A DNA stretch of 64,000 bases, taken from the IMG/VR virus record IMGVR_UViG_3300033491_000001, one strand, 5' to 3'. This DNA is from a virus. The notes below the pieces were generated by a model. That model did no database searches. It was not told where the DNA came from and was given only the letters and a program-made list of their open reading frames with translations. Positions 1 to 10,498 of the stretch are shown one piece after another (position 1 is the first letter of the stretch; every line of letters begins with the position of its first letter). Both the position numbers and the translations under genes were made by a program.

Positions 1-927
1 TGCCCAAATCTCTGTCGGAGAAAGAACCCTCCATGCTTCGTCAATCAATTTTGATGCTTCTTCCAGTTCATCTTGAGTCGGATAGTGTGCAAAGTCGAAT
101 TGCATGACGAAATCTGCTGACGATTTGATGAACGGATTGCGTTTGTCTGCGTAAACTGGGCGCTTCGCAGCCAACGGCGAAGTTACAGATGCTGATGCTC
201 CAAGCCCTCCCGCTGAGTGTTTTACCACAAAGAACCCACATTCTCCCATTACATCCGCAAGTTCCTGCCCTTCAAGCCATTCATCAATTACCTCCATCCC
301 TAACCTTCTCGCGGTCGTAACGAACTCTTCGAACTCGGATGCAACCCAGTGAGGCGCAAACGGGTGCAAAGTCGTGATGAACCGTGCTTTCCGTTTGTGC
401 TCTCGCGCGTAAGCGAGAATTGTCCAACATCCTTTCGTGCTGCCATAGAAGCCAAAGAAACCGACTAAGTCTGGATCTGGTTCAGTTCTCGGAACGAATG
501 GATAAGGTTGCTGCAATGGCATTGGAATCTCAATCGCTTGGCTGATAGGAACTGCCTTCCTATCAAAGGCAACGAACGCAATCACATTTCGAACTGGTTC
601 GACCATGATGTAATCGTGCACAATTAGGACTATTGGAATTTCCAACTTCTTGAGTTCAGCGGCCCAGTTTGGATGCTGCCAGAGAAAGTTCGGATGCCAA
701 TGGACATAGGCGAAATCGAGATTCTCCGCGCGCAGTGGTTCGGTCAATAGTTGGCAGTTGAGAACTCGTGCTTGTTGGACTGCAGTCAGATGGACACCAC
801 ACCGTTTTAGAGGATTAGCGATGACTGCGAACTTTACCTTTGGAGACTCTGAAAGAGAAAGGCTATCAACAGAACCGCCAGAATGATCAAACACAGAAGG
901 GTCATGAACTTCTCTAACGGCATGCAC
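1..927 (-). CDS. GT-B (GT4-like) glycosyltransferase, runs off window start
   Basis: Not in the ORF track; translated by hand from GTG at 927 with GGAGGTG 7 nt upstream, open to base 1. Motifs NPLKRCGVH, IVLIVHD, PDPDLVGFFGFY, SASVTSPLAAKRPV parallel the C-terminal half of 3056..4966. Confidence 0.75.
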   Translation of the reverse strand, partial: MHAVREVHDPSVFDHSGGSVDSLSLSESPKVKFAVIANPLKRCGVHLTAVQQARVLNCQLLTEPLRAENLDFAYVHWHPNFLWQHPNWAAELKKLEIPIVLIVHDYIMVEPVRNVIAFVAFDRKAVPISQAIEIPMPLQQPYPFVPRTEPDPDLVGFFGFYGSTKGCWTILAYAREHKRKARFITTLHPFAPHWVASEFEEFVTTARRLGMEVIDEWLEGQELADVMGECGFFVVKHSAGGLGASASVTSPLAAKRPVYADKRNPFIKSSADFVMQFDFAHYPTQDELEEASKLIDEAWRVLSPTEIWA

Positions 928-1013
928 TCGTTAGCACCTCCTGTTAGTTCGAGCGAAGCCAAGTTGAATTATAGCAATCTGAAGATACAAGCGCAAGAAT
1001 TGTCGTCCAAGCG

Positions 1014-1042
1014 TTGCTTTGGCAGTCCAGTCGTGCTAAATT
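1014..1042 (+). promoter_or_regulatory. sigma70-like promoter for the GT operon
   Basis: TTGCTT-N17-TAAATT with extended -10 TG. A divergent TTGAAG-N17-TGTAAT overlaps it on the minus strand. Confidence 0.45.
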
Positions 1043-1093
1043 ATTACAACGGGAATACAAGAATTCTTCAATGAAAGGAGAGTCAGGGAAGAT

Positions 1094-2161
1094 ATGCACA
1101 TCTTTCGCGTGAAGAATGAAGTCTACGATCCAGTGTTCAAGTGTTTCCTTCAACCGGGTCGTTGGTATCTTGCGGAATCTCAAAACGCCACTCCAATGGT
1201 CTTTGGGCAGCCTTCTGCGCTGGAAGCGAGGTTTCCCGGAGTTGAACTGAAGCCGCTTAAATGGGAGGAATACGGCTTCAGGACAGTTCCACGCTACGAT
1301 GACCCAAACGAAAAGGTTTGGGTTATTCGTGCAGGTGGTTACGGCGATTTATTCTATTTGCTCCCAGTGATGAAGGCTATCGCTTCGAAGATTAGAGAAC
1401 CCGAACGAAACCTCGTTCTCCAGACTGCAATGGACCCGTTTCCGTCTGAAGTTCCAATGCGATTCGTGCACTTTCCATCAACGCTGGACGAAATTCCTCG
1501 TGATTTCGCTGTGCTGAACATGGAAGACATTCCGGGCGAGATGGAGAATGAAGGTGCAGGGAGCTCGACCGCCCGATACGCCAGACGGGCTGGTTTGAAT
1601 GAGAATGACCTTGACTTCACTGGCTTATTTCCAAAATGGCTGGAAGAGAAAGGCGTTGAGAAATGGCGTGAGTGGTTCGGCAGCAGACGACCGAGAATCG
1701 TTATCGCTCTGACAGCTTCTGCTGCCACCCGTTCAGTTCCAACAGCGCTCCAGATTGCTCTTACGCTCCAGAACCGCGCTGCTATTTACTTTGCGAGCCC
1801 ATCTAACATGCCACTGCCATTCCCTTGTGGAAACATGCCGCATCCAGAAGACTGGATGGCACTTGTTGCTGCTGCCGATGGCGTTATCGGCGCTGACACT
1901 GCGCCAACGCACCTTGCCATCATGCTGAACAAACCAACATTGGCAGTTTTTGGAGCGATTCCGTCACACCTGAGAATTCCTGAACGGTTCAGGAACGCAG
2001 ACTGGCTAACAGTTCTGGACATTGAGATGGGCAAACCATGCCCGTGCCATCTAAACCGCCCGTTCTGTCCAGTGACACAGCAGCCACTCTGTTTTGCTTT
2101 GACTGCAATGACAGAGAAGATCGTGCAGAAAGCCATGGAATGGCTTACTATGCTGCTTTGA
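1094..2161 (+). CDS. GT9 family (heptosyltransferase-like) glycosyltransferase
   Basis: VWVIRAGGYGDL N-terminal motif; WMALVAAADGVIGADTAPTHLAIMLNKPTLAVFG; C-terminal CPC...C...C typical of GT9; AGGAG RBS. Confidence 0.85.
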   Translation: MHIFRVKNEVYDPVFKCFLQPGRWYLAESQNATPMVFGQPSALEARFPGVELKPLKWEEYGFRTVPRYDDPNEKVWVIRAGGYGDLFYLLPVMKAIASKIREPERNLVLQTAMDPFPSEVPMRFVHFPSTLDEIPRDFAVLNMEDIPGEMENEGAGSSTARYARRAGLNENDLDFTGLFPKWLEEKGVEKWREWFGSRRPRIVIALTASAATRSVPTALQIALTLQNRAAIYFASPSNMPLPFPCGNMPHPEDWMALVAAADGVIGADTAPTHLAIMLNKPTLAVFGAIPSHLRIPERFRNADWLTVLDIEMGKPCPCHLNRPFCPVTQQPLCFALTAMTEKIVQKAMEWLTMLL

Positions 2162-2173
2162 GGTGGAAACAGT

Positions 2174-3028
2174 ATGAACTGGCTTTACACGAAGCGCTCG
2201 ATTTTGCAAGGGACTATCCAGCAGGACATTCAATCGCTTGATAGGTTCGATGTCATTTATGTCGAACTTGGTGAACTGCTTCAAAGCAACTCAAGGTCGT
2301 GGTTGTTTGTGCAGAAGATGACGAGCCATCACAGGCTCGTTTTGTGGGCTAATGTCCAGCGGGACTCTCGTCCACACTGGCTTGCTCATTTCGCAATGGC
2401 TTCTACTGTTGCTGACATCGTAAGGCGCAAAAAGGCAAGTTTAGTCCTGCACACTCCGACCGATCCAATCTACCTTGATTGGGCAGGCAAACTTGGTGCT
2501 AAGTGCATTCAAACTTGGCTTGCTTTTCCGTTCGCAAGGCAGTCTGGAACGGTTAAACGCGCTCCTGTAATTGCAGGGAAACAATGGAAACTGTCGGCTA
2601 ACGGTTCAGCGTTCGATGGATTACTTAAGGAAGTTGCCAACTCTGCCATCATGGTCTTTGGTCAACACGACGACGCCGATGCAAGATTAAGCAAACTCGC
2701 CGCTGCAAGTTCACTCAAGCACATTCCAATAATGCTCAAAGATGAAAGCACTTTCTGGCGGACTGTGACGCTCGGAAGGAAGGACTGTTCAATCTACGCA
2801 TCAGTTCCGCTTGCGCTCGACGGAGACGCAATGACATTGCTTACAAACACTGCGGTCAAGAGTTGGAGAAAATTCAGGCGAACTTGGCTTCAAGCGTGGT
2901 CATCTTGGGCTGAGAGAATGCGAGAATTCTGGGATGAACAAATTCTGCGTGAAAGGTTCGCAGATGAGGTCGAACTTATCCTTCCAGATGACTTAACTCC
3001 GATCCATCACTTTTACCTTCAAGCCTGA
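2174..3028 (+). CDS. hypothetical protein, possibly a degenerate GT-B glycosyltransferase
   Basis: 284-aa ORF with RBS between two GT genes; function suggested by context only. Confidence 0.55.
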   Translation: MNWLYTKRSILQGTIQQDIQSLDRFDVIYVELGELLQSNSRSWLFVQKMTSHHRLVLWANVQRDSRPHWLAHFAMASTVADIVRRKKASLVLHTPTDPIYLDWAGKLGAKCIQTWLAFPFARQSGTVKRAPVIAGKQWKLSANGSAFDGLLKEVANSAIMVFGQHDDADARLSKLAAASSLKHIPIMLKDESTFWRTVTLGRKDCSIYASVPLALDGDAMTLLTNTAVKSWRKFRRTWLQAWSSWAERMREFWDEQILRERFADEVELILPDDLTPIHHFYLQA

Positions 3029-3055
3029 ACTGCGCAGAAAGAGGTGCACTGTTGA

Positions 3056-4966
3056 ATGGCACAAGACAAGGTGATTGGAGAACAAATCGTCGTCTATCAA
3101 CCATTCATCTACCGTCGTCATTCTGGCTACGGTTGGAAAAGCGAATGCTTGAAGTTAGCATTTCCGAATGCTCGGGTAGTAACCGACTGCTCAATTATCA
3201 GAGGCTTCGATGGCGTCGTGATCGCGCTGAGAGGCATAACTTCTGAGAACGCTTTCTACAGACCGCCATTCTACTATCCGAAGGAGATCGCAGCGTTGTC
3301 GACGGTCAAGGGAAAAGTCATCCTTTACACTTCGTGGGAGTTCGACACACTGCCAGCTTCAATTTCTAACTTGATTCCGCGAGCCGACATTCTCGTCGTC
3401 GTCTCCAAGTTTATGACAGAACTCTTTCCTGATTCTGACTGCCGCGTCATCAGACCGCCAGTCAAAGACCTGCCATACAAGGTGAAGTCTGGTAGAACCT
3501 ATCGCATCGGCGGTTTGATTCATCCTGCGCGCCGAAGGAACTTGCAGGCATGGGTCGAACTTCGGTCAATTCTGCCGAGAAAATACAGGATAGTTTGCGT
3601 CTGCGCTCCAGAAATCAAGTTCGACAAAGAAGCTAAATCGCTTCTCGAGAAAGCTGCAGATGAATTGCTGTTCGACCTTGATGACAGTCAACTTGCTGAA
3701 TTCTACCATTCACTCGACTGGTTTATCTCATTCTCAGCAGGAGAAGGCTATGGCTTGCCCGTCCGAGAAGCGTTGCGCTGTGGAACGCCAGTGCTCGTGC
3801 CGATCCACACTGGCTACGAAGAACTTGCAGGTCTACCAGGAGTTGTTCCAATTCCGACAGTTCGCAAAGCTGGCATAAATCATGAGTGTTGGCATGGCTT
3901 CGTGCACTTGCCAGATGTCAGGAAGGCTGCTGCAATCATAAGGGAAACTGAACCGCCTCAAGTGCCAGAGCGTCTGCCATTGCAGACTGTCGATGGCTAT
4001 GTCAAGCAATGGCAAGAACTTGTGAAGCCATTGATAAAGCGCAGTCAAGACAGAAAACTCGAAACTATCGGAGATGACCAAATTGTCTGGCTCGTAACAA
4101 ACACTCATCCGTGCGGTGTCCGTGAAGCTGCAACTATCTGGGCGGAAAGGACGAACTCAATCGTCGTTCCAATGATGCACGCGTTCAGGTTAGGTAAGCC
4201 AAAGTTGGTCATCATTCCGTATCATGTTGGTTACTGGGAATTCTACAGGTGGCACTTGCCGTCAGTCGCTAAACAATTGAAGTGCCCAATCGTCGTCTGG
4301 GCACATCGGGAGTTTCAATACGAAGACGAAGCCGTGTTCATGACAAGCCTTGCGGACGCGATTTGGGTCACAACCGAACGGCTGTTCAATCGAATGAACG
4401 CTGATGGAATTTTGCCCAATCCAATCGGAGATCCGCCGACAACAAATCCCGAACCTAATCTCATTGGTTCGTTTGGCTTTTACAAGCACGAAGCAGCGAC
4501 GCTTCTGAACGAACTTGCATTGCGCCTTCCTGAGTTTCGGTTCGAAGGTTATTGGACTTCATCGCCATTCTTCAGAGACCCAGTTCCAATGGAACTGCTC
4601 CAAAGAGCAATAGACGAAGCACCTTCGAACTGCCAACATTTCGTCGGACCGTTCAAGCGAGGAGAATTGCACGAGAAGTTGTCTCGTTGTTCAGCGTTCA
4701 TCATCTGGAACCCGCCGCATGCAGCTGACGGAGAAATGTCTGCAAGGATCGCACTACTACTGAGGATGGGCAGACCGATCTTGGCTAACGATAATTCTCC
4801 GCTTGCACAACCGTTCAAGAAATTCATCCCTTTGGTCGCAAGGTTCGATGCAGAGTATCTAACCTCTTTGCTTCTCGGACCGCTTGACCCATTCGTGCCA
4901 GTGAATGTCCCATCACTCGAAGAAGAAATCTCAATCTTCTGGAAACTTGTCGAACCTCTGCTGTGA
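3056..4966 (+). CDS. tandem two-module GT4-like glycosyltransferase
   Basis: FYHSLDWFISFSAGEGYGLPVREALRCGTPVLVP (E-x7-E signature) in module 1. A second GT-B-like module (HPCGVRE, LIGSFGFY, SARIALLLRMGRPIL) follows. Confidence 0.85.
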   Translation: MAQDKVIGEQIVVYQPFIYRRHSGYGWKSECLKLAFPNARVVTDCSIIRGFDGVVIALRGITSENAFYRPPFYYPKEIAALSTVKGKVILYTSWEFDTLPASISNLIPRADILVVVSKFMTELFPDSDCRVIRPPVKDLPYKVKSGRTYRIGGLIHPARRRNLQAWVELRSILPRKYRIVCVCAPEIKFDKEAKSLLEKAADELLFDLDDSQLAEFYHSLDWFISFSAGEGYGLPVREALRCGTPVLVPIHTGYEELAGLPGVVPIPTVRKAGINHECWHGFVHLPDVRKAAAIIRETEPPQVPERLPLQTVDGYVKQWQELVKPLIKRSQDRKLETIGDDQIVWLVTNTHPCGVREAATIWAERTNSIVVPMMHAFRLGKPKLVIIPYHVGYWEFYRWHLPSVAKQLKCPIVVWAHREFQYEDEAVFMTSLADAIWVTTERLFNRMNADGILPNPIGDPPTTNPEPNLIGSFGFYKHEAATLLNELALRLPEFRFEGYWTSSPFFRDPVPMELLQRAIDEAPSNCQHFVGPFKRGELHEKLSRCSAFIIWNPPHAADGEMSARIALLLRMGRPILANDNSPLAQPFKKFIPLVARFDAEYLTSLLLGPLDPFVPVNVPSLEEEISIFWKLVEPLL

Positions 4967-4968
4967 CA

Positions 4969-7050
4969 TTACTGGTTCTGCTTGTAGGCAATCGCACTCA
5001 CAACCGTTGAATATTCCCTTCCGATTTCGTGCTGGACACGCATCACGACGAAGTCATACCTGTGAAAGTTCATCGGGTTGGGATTGGCGAATTTGATGAT
5101 ATCTCCGGGTTTGATGCCAATGAAGAGCGGTGTCACAAATTCAATCTGGAACGGCGAAACGAACAACCTCTGGCTCATCCAGTTTCCGAGAATTTGAAGC
5201 CAATCAGAAGGGACTGGCTTGTCGAACAAGACGAACGCAGGAACTGCAATGGGCATGTAGCGGTCAGAAGTCGGAACCATGAACGCTTCAAGGTCTGCCC
5301 AGATACCAATGACATCGGCGTTGGTGTAGGCATCAACGCCATAGAGAATCAAAATGTTTCGCCTGTCATAGTCGCTGACATCAAGTCTTAATCTACTGAC
5401 ATAGAAGTCGGAATACCGCAGCAGAACATCATCGGACGGCCACAGTGCGATCCAAACGCTTCCTACAGGTTCCCACTTTGGCAACGCGATCACTGTGCCG
5501 TAAATCGTCCAATCAATTCTCCATCCGTTCAGTTGCGCGATCTTGTTGAAGAAATCGAGCGCAGTTTCACCAAGCTGCGGACGCCAAGCAAAGGTTGTCT
5601 TTCGTTCGCCGTAGAACTCTGGAAGCAACGGAACATCGGCAGCCATCGGATGTTTGAAGAATGCCATCGAGAATCGAGACAGGAAGTCCCTCGCTGCGTC
5701 AGATGAGCGCCAGTAATCGTAAGAGACCGGCATATCAATCGTCATTCGTTTCAGTAGCGCCTGATTGTCTTCAAGTGAAACCGAGACTCTGACTGCGTTC
5801 TGTTCGACATTGACCGAATAGCCAACGCGAGCGCCAACATATAGAGTTCCTTGCATCGGAATGTTCAGGCGATACCGTGAAAGAGGATAAGCAATCCACT
5901 GGTAGTTGCTCCAATCTGTCAGCCTGAACGGATTGAGTTCAAGTTGCGCAGAAGCTGTAATTGCGTCCGATGTCAGTTCAGCGGTGTAACTGACATGCTG
6001 GATTGGTGCGCTGTAGGAAAACGGAGTCGGCGGAAAGTATCGAGTAGTTCCGATGACGAGCTTGGAAATCAAAGGAAGTTGCGTCTCAGTCCACGAAATG
6101 CTGAGGTTGATGTTGCCACGCCAGTCAACGGATGTCTGCAGATTTGCGTTGTAGTAACGGCAATGTTCTTCAATCCAAGTCGCACCGGGAATTGGAAGGG
6201 AAGTTCCTGCGAGAGTGAACAAACGATAAGTAGGGACATTGACGAACAGCCGCATCCAGCACTCTGACAGATTCCAAACAGTCCCAGTTCCAGTCTGAAT
6301 TGGGAAGGCGTCTATCCAGATTGAACCAGCGTTCACGCTGCCGACAACAGGATCTCCAAGCCAGGAGAGAAAGACGGGATTCTCCGACAAACCTGTGATG
6401 AAGAGGCAATACTCGGTTCCGGAAGCTATTTGTGCAGTTCCTGCGACGGGTCGATAGTATCGCGTAGACCTGTGCACACGACGCCCAAACGAAATCGTGA
6501 ACCTCAAGGGCGTGTAATCCAGAGCTGTTCTGTGCGTGTGACCGTAGGCAGTGAAAGTGTTCGTCCAAATTTCGGTGCCGTGATACATTAAGTTGACATC
6601 AAGTTTGTCCGTCCAGTTGTAAATGTAAAGCACCAACGACCTGTCTGGCGATAAAATGTAGCCGAACTCGTGCTGCGGTCTAAGGAGAAGTTCGATTGTG
6701 ATCGAGGTGAAATAATTCAATCCGCCAATGGATTGCGTCGGATGAACCACAAGTGTTTTGTAGCCATAGGGCAAGAGGCAAAAGTAATCTGTCACTTCGT
6801 AGTTCGGAGTTGCAACGACTGAGCCAGAAGCATCGAAGATGGCATAAGTTCCGCCGACTATCGGGCAGATCCAAGTTCGGTAGTCTGGGACCCAAACATC
6901 TTCAGCCCACCGAACAAATGAACCTCTAAAGTAATCCAACGGCAACTCGGTCCAATAATTCATTGAGCCGAACGGAAACAGCGTCACAGAAGTGCTTACT
7001 GGCGGTTTGACGCCTTGAATTAGCCAAGGAAACCGAGTCTCAATTGGCAC
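4969..7050 (-). CDS. tail tip / baseplate-hub-like protein
   Basis: Downstream of the tape measure; C-terminal half resembles hub proteins (ETALDFFNKIAQLNGWRIDW...YDRRNILILYG; GDIIKF...VVMRVQHEI). Confidence 0.55.
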   Translation of the reverse strand: MPIETRFPWLIQGVKPPVSTSVTLFPFGSMNYWTELPLDYFRGSFVRWAEDVWVPDYRTWICPIVGGTYAIFDASGSVVATPNYEVTDYFCLLPYGYKTLVVHPTQSIGGLNYFTSITIELLLRPQHEFGYILSPDRSLVLYIYNWTDKLDVNLMYHGTEIWTNTFTAYGHTHRTALDYTPLRFTISFGRRVHRSTRYYRPVAGTAQIASGTEYCLFITGLSENPVFLSWLGDPVVGSVNAGSIWIDAFPIQTGTGTVWNLSECWMRLFVNVPTYRLFTLAGTSLPIPGATWIEEHCRYYNANLQTSVDWRGNINLSISWTETQLPLISKLVIGTTRYFPPTPFSYSAPIQHVSYTAELTSDAITASAQLELNPFRLTDWSNYQWIAYPLSRYRLNIPMQGTLYVGARVGYSVNVEQNAVRVSVSLEDNQALLKRMTIDMPVSYDYWRSSDAARDFLSRFSMAFFKHPMAADVPLLPEFYGERKTTFAWRPQLGETALDFFNKIAQLNGWRIDWTIYGTVIALPKWEPVGSVWIALWPSDDVLLRYSDFYVSRLRLDVSDYDRRNILILYGVDAYTNADVIGIWADLEAFMVPTSDRYMPIAVPAFVLFDKPVPSDWLQILGNWMSQRLFVSPFQIEFVTPLFIGIKPGDIIKFANPNPMNFHRYDFVVMRVQHEIGREYSTVVSAIAYKQNQ

Positions 7051-7092
7051 TTCAAATCACCGTTTGCAAGCAAACTCAAGCTCCTGTTAGAT

Positions 7093-10000
7093 TCACTTCT
7101 CCTGTCCGGTCAAAAGCTTCCAATACCACTTTGGAATTGGCTCGAATGCCCAGTCCTCAACGCCAGAGGGTGTCAGCACGAATGAATAGACGCCGCGAAC
7201 CGAGTAGACATAGACGACGATCCTGCCATCATCGTAAGGAATGCCATCGACGCCAATAATCGGTTCTCCCATCCACAGCGGGCAGTTCCCGCCATCCTGC
7301 GTGAAGTATGGCACGGTTTTGCCAAGCACATCATATCTTGCGTGTCTCGGCAGCAGCAACACGCTTGTGTTGCCGAGCGTTACGATTTGCTTCACAAAGA
7401 TCGCCTCCCTGTCAAGATAAGTTGCAGTTCCATAGAGCGCTAAGACTTCAAGCGGATCTGGAATTCGAACCATCCTTCCAGCAGGCAGCTCTTCAACCCA
7501 GCCTCGGTTTGGAATCAGCAAGCGAGCACGGTTGTTAGTGAAGCTAAACCATCGATTGTAAGCCAGACCTGCCCAATTGTAGTCGTCATAGAGCGGTGGA
7601 CGCCACAGAATTGTTCCAAACCTCCAGTCTTCATTGAAGACTCCGTAAATGTCGAGAGCTTGGCTGAAGTGTCTGTAAGGGTTTGTGCCACGATAGTTCC
7701 AAACATAGAGTTGAAGATAAGCAGGGTCTATAGGCCAGTAACTTGCGTAGACTATCGTTGCTTTGAGTTTCCCAGACAGGAAATGATCTCCATCTTCGCC
7801 GTTTCTGGAAATGTAGCGCTCAAACCATTCTGGTACTGCAAGCCCTTCCTGCTTAGCCCACTTATAAAGGCTTCCAAGACCGACAATCTTTGCACCGCCG
7901 CTGATGAATGGTGCCGGAACAGGATAGGCTTTGTCTGGGACCTGAATAGTTGCCCACAAATTGCTTCCAACTGCATGAAACGGTGGACCAGAAGTTTGAA
8001 ATTCGTGCTCGGTAATAGTCTCAGGGAAAGTTTCATTTGGATAACCAGTCACGAGAGCATCAAAGAAATCAGAAATTGACTTGATTATGCTCTCAGACTG
8101 CCAGAACCAACGGACGAACCTGTAGGTTGCATTTGGCTGAGCTATGAGTGGGCTGAGTGGATTGATGTTTATTCGCAGACACGTCGGAAGAAATTCGCCA
8201 GGTGTTGAAGCATCACACATTGTCCTCCCGATAACTATTGGAATTGCAGCCGTTCCTCGCACACTGAAGCTTGCGAAGCTGTCTGGACACCAGAATTCGA
8301 TTGATGGATGTATCCAGTTAGATTCTGGAATAGTTCTAGGGTCAGCAAGAACCGGAATTGCCCACACATGTGGATACATTCCTCCAACCGGAGAATCCTG
8401 ACCGCGACCAGTGCGATGTTCGAAGAAAGTTAACGGCTTCGTAACTACACACTCGACGAATTCCATGTTCACCTTCGTCTTGATCCGTAGATGAACATCG
8501 CTGATGATGTTCGAATGAATATCACGCTCGTTTTTAAATCTGCGTTGAATGAAGCGTTGCAGGGAGGGCATTATGTTGTAAGGATCATTACCTTCAGCGT
8601 TGTAGATTGGTGTTGGAATCATCCATGAACCGGCGAAGACTACGCGGTAATGAAACGGCGGGAAGGCGTCAATGTCAATGTAGAAGTCGCCGGTTGGGTC
8701 ATTCCACGCACGATTTATCGTAGAGCCAATAAACACAACCGGAGGACGCGGAGATCCCGGGTGTGTCAGGACGGTGATGTCCTCGTAGAAGAACCTGTGT
8801 GGCTTTTCCAGGTCAATCACACGATTGTTCGGCAAATTCGTGTAGACAGGGATTGGGTCTTCGATCTTAATCGGCACGCCAGTACTGTCCCATCGCAAGT
8901 ACCAGTGATACGGGTCTACAAGCTCCCAGAGTTCATCTTCCATCGATAATGACCACGGATCTAACTCGAATGGAACTGGCACTAACCAACGCAAGCCGCC
9001 ACTGAGCGGAACTATCGCAAGTGGTTGGCAACCCTCGAAAGACACAGCGCCGTCTCGACGCTTGAAATAAACGGCATCGAAGTTGTAGGCATACAAGCTT
9101 CTGTAGCGAAACTTAACTTCCCATCCATCTTCCATTTCATTCGTAACATAGCCTCCGAATGGTCTGTAAGATTTGATGTTGCACGCCGTGAAAGTCGCGA
9201 CTTCCTCACTTCTCGATTCTTCTGGCGTGACCACGAGAGCGTCGGAATAATCGGAGATGAGAAGAAACCTGTCTCGATTTGCGAGGTAGTAAACCCAGTC
9301 GATTAGCACATTCAGTAAATTGCTGTAAGACTGCGGGCGAAATTCCACGCGTTGTGGATAGGCGAGAACAGCTTGGTGAAGCAAAACAGAACCGCTTGGA
9401 ACATTAGTCGCGATCCAGACTTGGAATAAAACTTCGCTGCCGTAATACTCAATCACATAAGCTGGCGGAATCACTGCACCATAATCGACCTCGAAGATAT
9501 AAGAACCTCTTCGCTCATAGACATAACCTGCCACAAATGCTGGAACATCGAACCATTCGACTGCATCGAACGGTGCAGGATTGAACATTCTCCTCATCGC
9601 CAATGGGTCTCCGGGCTGAGGGTATTTGTGTCGCTCCGCAGTTGCACTGACGCTGATCGAACCAACCTTGAGGAAACCTGCCGCTAAAACCTTGCCTCCG
9701 GGCTTAATGACGGGATCGAAATACTGGTAACGTTCGTCGTCAAACAGATGGTAAGGTTTCTCAGCTCGCGTCCAAGCCCATAACCAAAGCGTGCCAGTCC
9801 AGACAGTGCTGACATAAACACCACCCATACCTCCGATGTAACCTCTCATTACTGGAAAGAACTCGCCAACATACTTAGGTGCAGTCGGCAAATGAATGAG
9901 TTCCTTATCGATGTAGTTCTTCGCGGTCATCAGTTCGTCGAAACTTCTATCTGGAAAGTCTTCCATCGTCGCCCACGCGACAAGCGCTTCAGTCCCAACC

Positions 10001-10461
10001 CAGACATACGGGTCGTAGCGCACAATGAGAGGATCGCGAACAAGATAGGCAGGAAGTTCAGGATTAGCCCATTGAAGCCACAAATAACTTGCCTCACTTC
10101 TCGGAACACGGGTGAGACCAACTTGCTGAATGCGGAAATAGTGCATTGAGTAAGGCACACCAGCCCAACCGAACATCGAACCGAACGCGATGTTACCGAC
10201 AAAAATCGTCCCGTAGTAGTAAGTGCCGAGGAACAATTGAAGTGGCGGTCCAGAATATTGAAACCACTGATAGTCGTGGTCATAGGTTGCGTAGTTGAAA
10301 GTGACGATGTAATCGGAGAAGAATGGAACTATCGCGACAAAGTTGCAACCCTCTGGCGCATTGACGCCGCCAATCCAAGTTCCGAGATGGAAAAAAGTCC
10401 AATTCAGCTGCGCTGCTACAAACGCAGTGCCGCCAATTGGGTGACCAGTCGGAACTACCAT
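7093..10461 (-). CDS. large minor tail (tail tip) protein
   Basis: 1122-aa aromatic/Pro-rich ORF immediately after the tape measure gene; function from position only. Confidence 0.55.
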   Translation of the reverse strand: MVVPTGHPIGGTAFVAAQLNWTFFHLGTWIGGVNAPEGCNFVAIVPFFSDYIVTFNYATYDHDYQWFQYSGPPLQLFLGTYYYGTIFVGNIAFGSMFGWAGVPYSMHYFRIQQVGLTRVPRSEASYLWLQWANPELPAYLVRDPLIVRYDPYVWVGTEALVAWATMEDFPDRSFDELMTAKNYIDKELIHLPTAPKYVGEFFPVMRGYIGGMGGVYVSTVWTGTLWLWAWTRAEKPYHLFDDERYQYFDPVIKPGGKVLAAGFLKVGSISVSATAERHKYPQPGDPLAMRRMFNPAPFDAVEWFDVPAFVAGYVYERRGSYIFEVDYGAVIPPAYVIEYYGSEVLFQVWIATNVPSGSVLLHQAVLAYPQRVEFRPQSYSNLLNVLIDWVYYLANRDRFLLISDYSDALVVTPEESRSEEVATFTACNIKSYRPFGGYVTNEMEDGWEVKFRYRSLYAYNFDAVYFKRRDGAVSFEGCQPLAIVPLSGGLRWLVPVPFELDPWSLSMEDELWELVDPYHWYLRWDSTGVPIKIEDPIPVYTNLPNNRVIDLEKPHRFFYEDITVLTHPGSPRPPVVFIGSTINRAWNDPTGDFYIDIDAFPPFHYRVVFAGSWMIPTPIYNAEGNDPYNIMPSLQRFIQRRFKNERDIHSNIISDVHLRIKTKVNMEFVECVVTKPLTFFEHRTGRGQDSPVGGMYPHVWAIPVLADPRTIPESNWIHPSIEFWCPDSFASFSVRGTAAIPIVIGRTMCDASTPGEFLPTCLRININPLSPLIAQPNATYRFVRWFWQSESIIKSISDFFDALVTGYPNETFPETITEHEFQTSGPPFHAVGSNLWATIQVPDKAYPVPAPFISGGAKIVGLGSLYKWAKQEGLAVPEWFERYISRNGEDGDHFLSGKLKATIVYASYWPIDPAYLQLYVWNYRGTNPYRHFSQALDIYGVFNEDWRFGTILWRPPLYDDYNWAGLAYNRWFSFTNNRARLLIPNRGWVEELPAGRMVRIPDPLEVLALYGTATYLDREAIFVKQIVTLGNTSVLLLPRHARYDVLGKTVPYFTQDGGNCPLWMGEPIIGVDGIPYDDGRIVVYVYSVRGVYSFVLTPSGVEDWAFEPIPKWYWKLLTGQEK

Positions 10462-10498
10462 TCAGACCACCAACCTTCTCTATTGGCGCATCTGTGGA

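Noticed and set aside
834-923. 29-aa hydrophobic ORF (MPLEKFMTLLCLIIL...) on the minus strand
   Set aside because: Alternative frame inside the GT gene start; the RBS spacing fits the GTG at 927 better.
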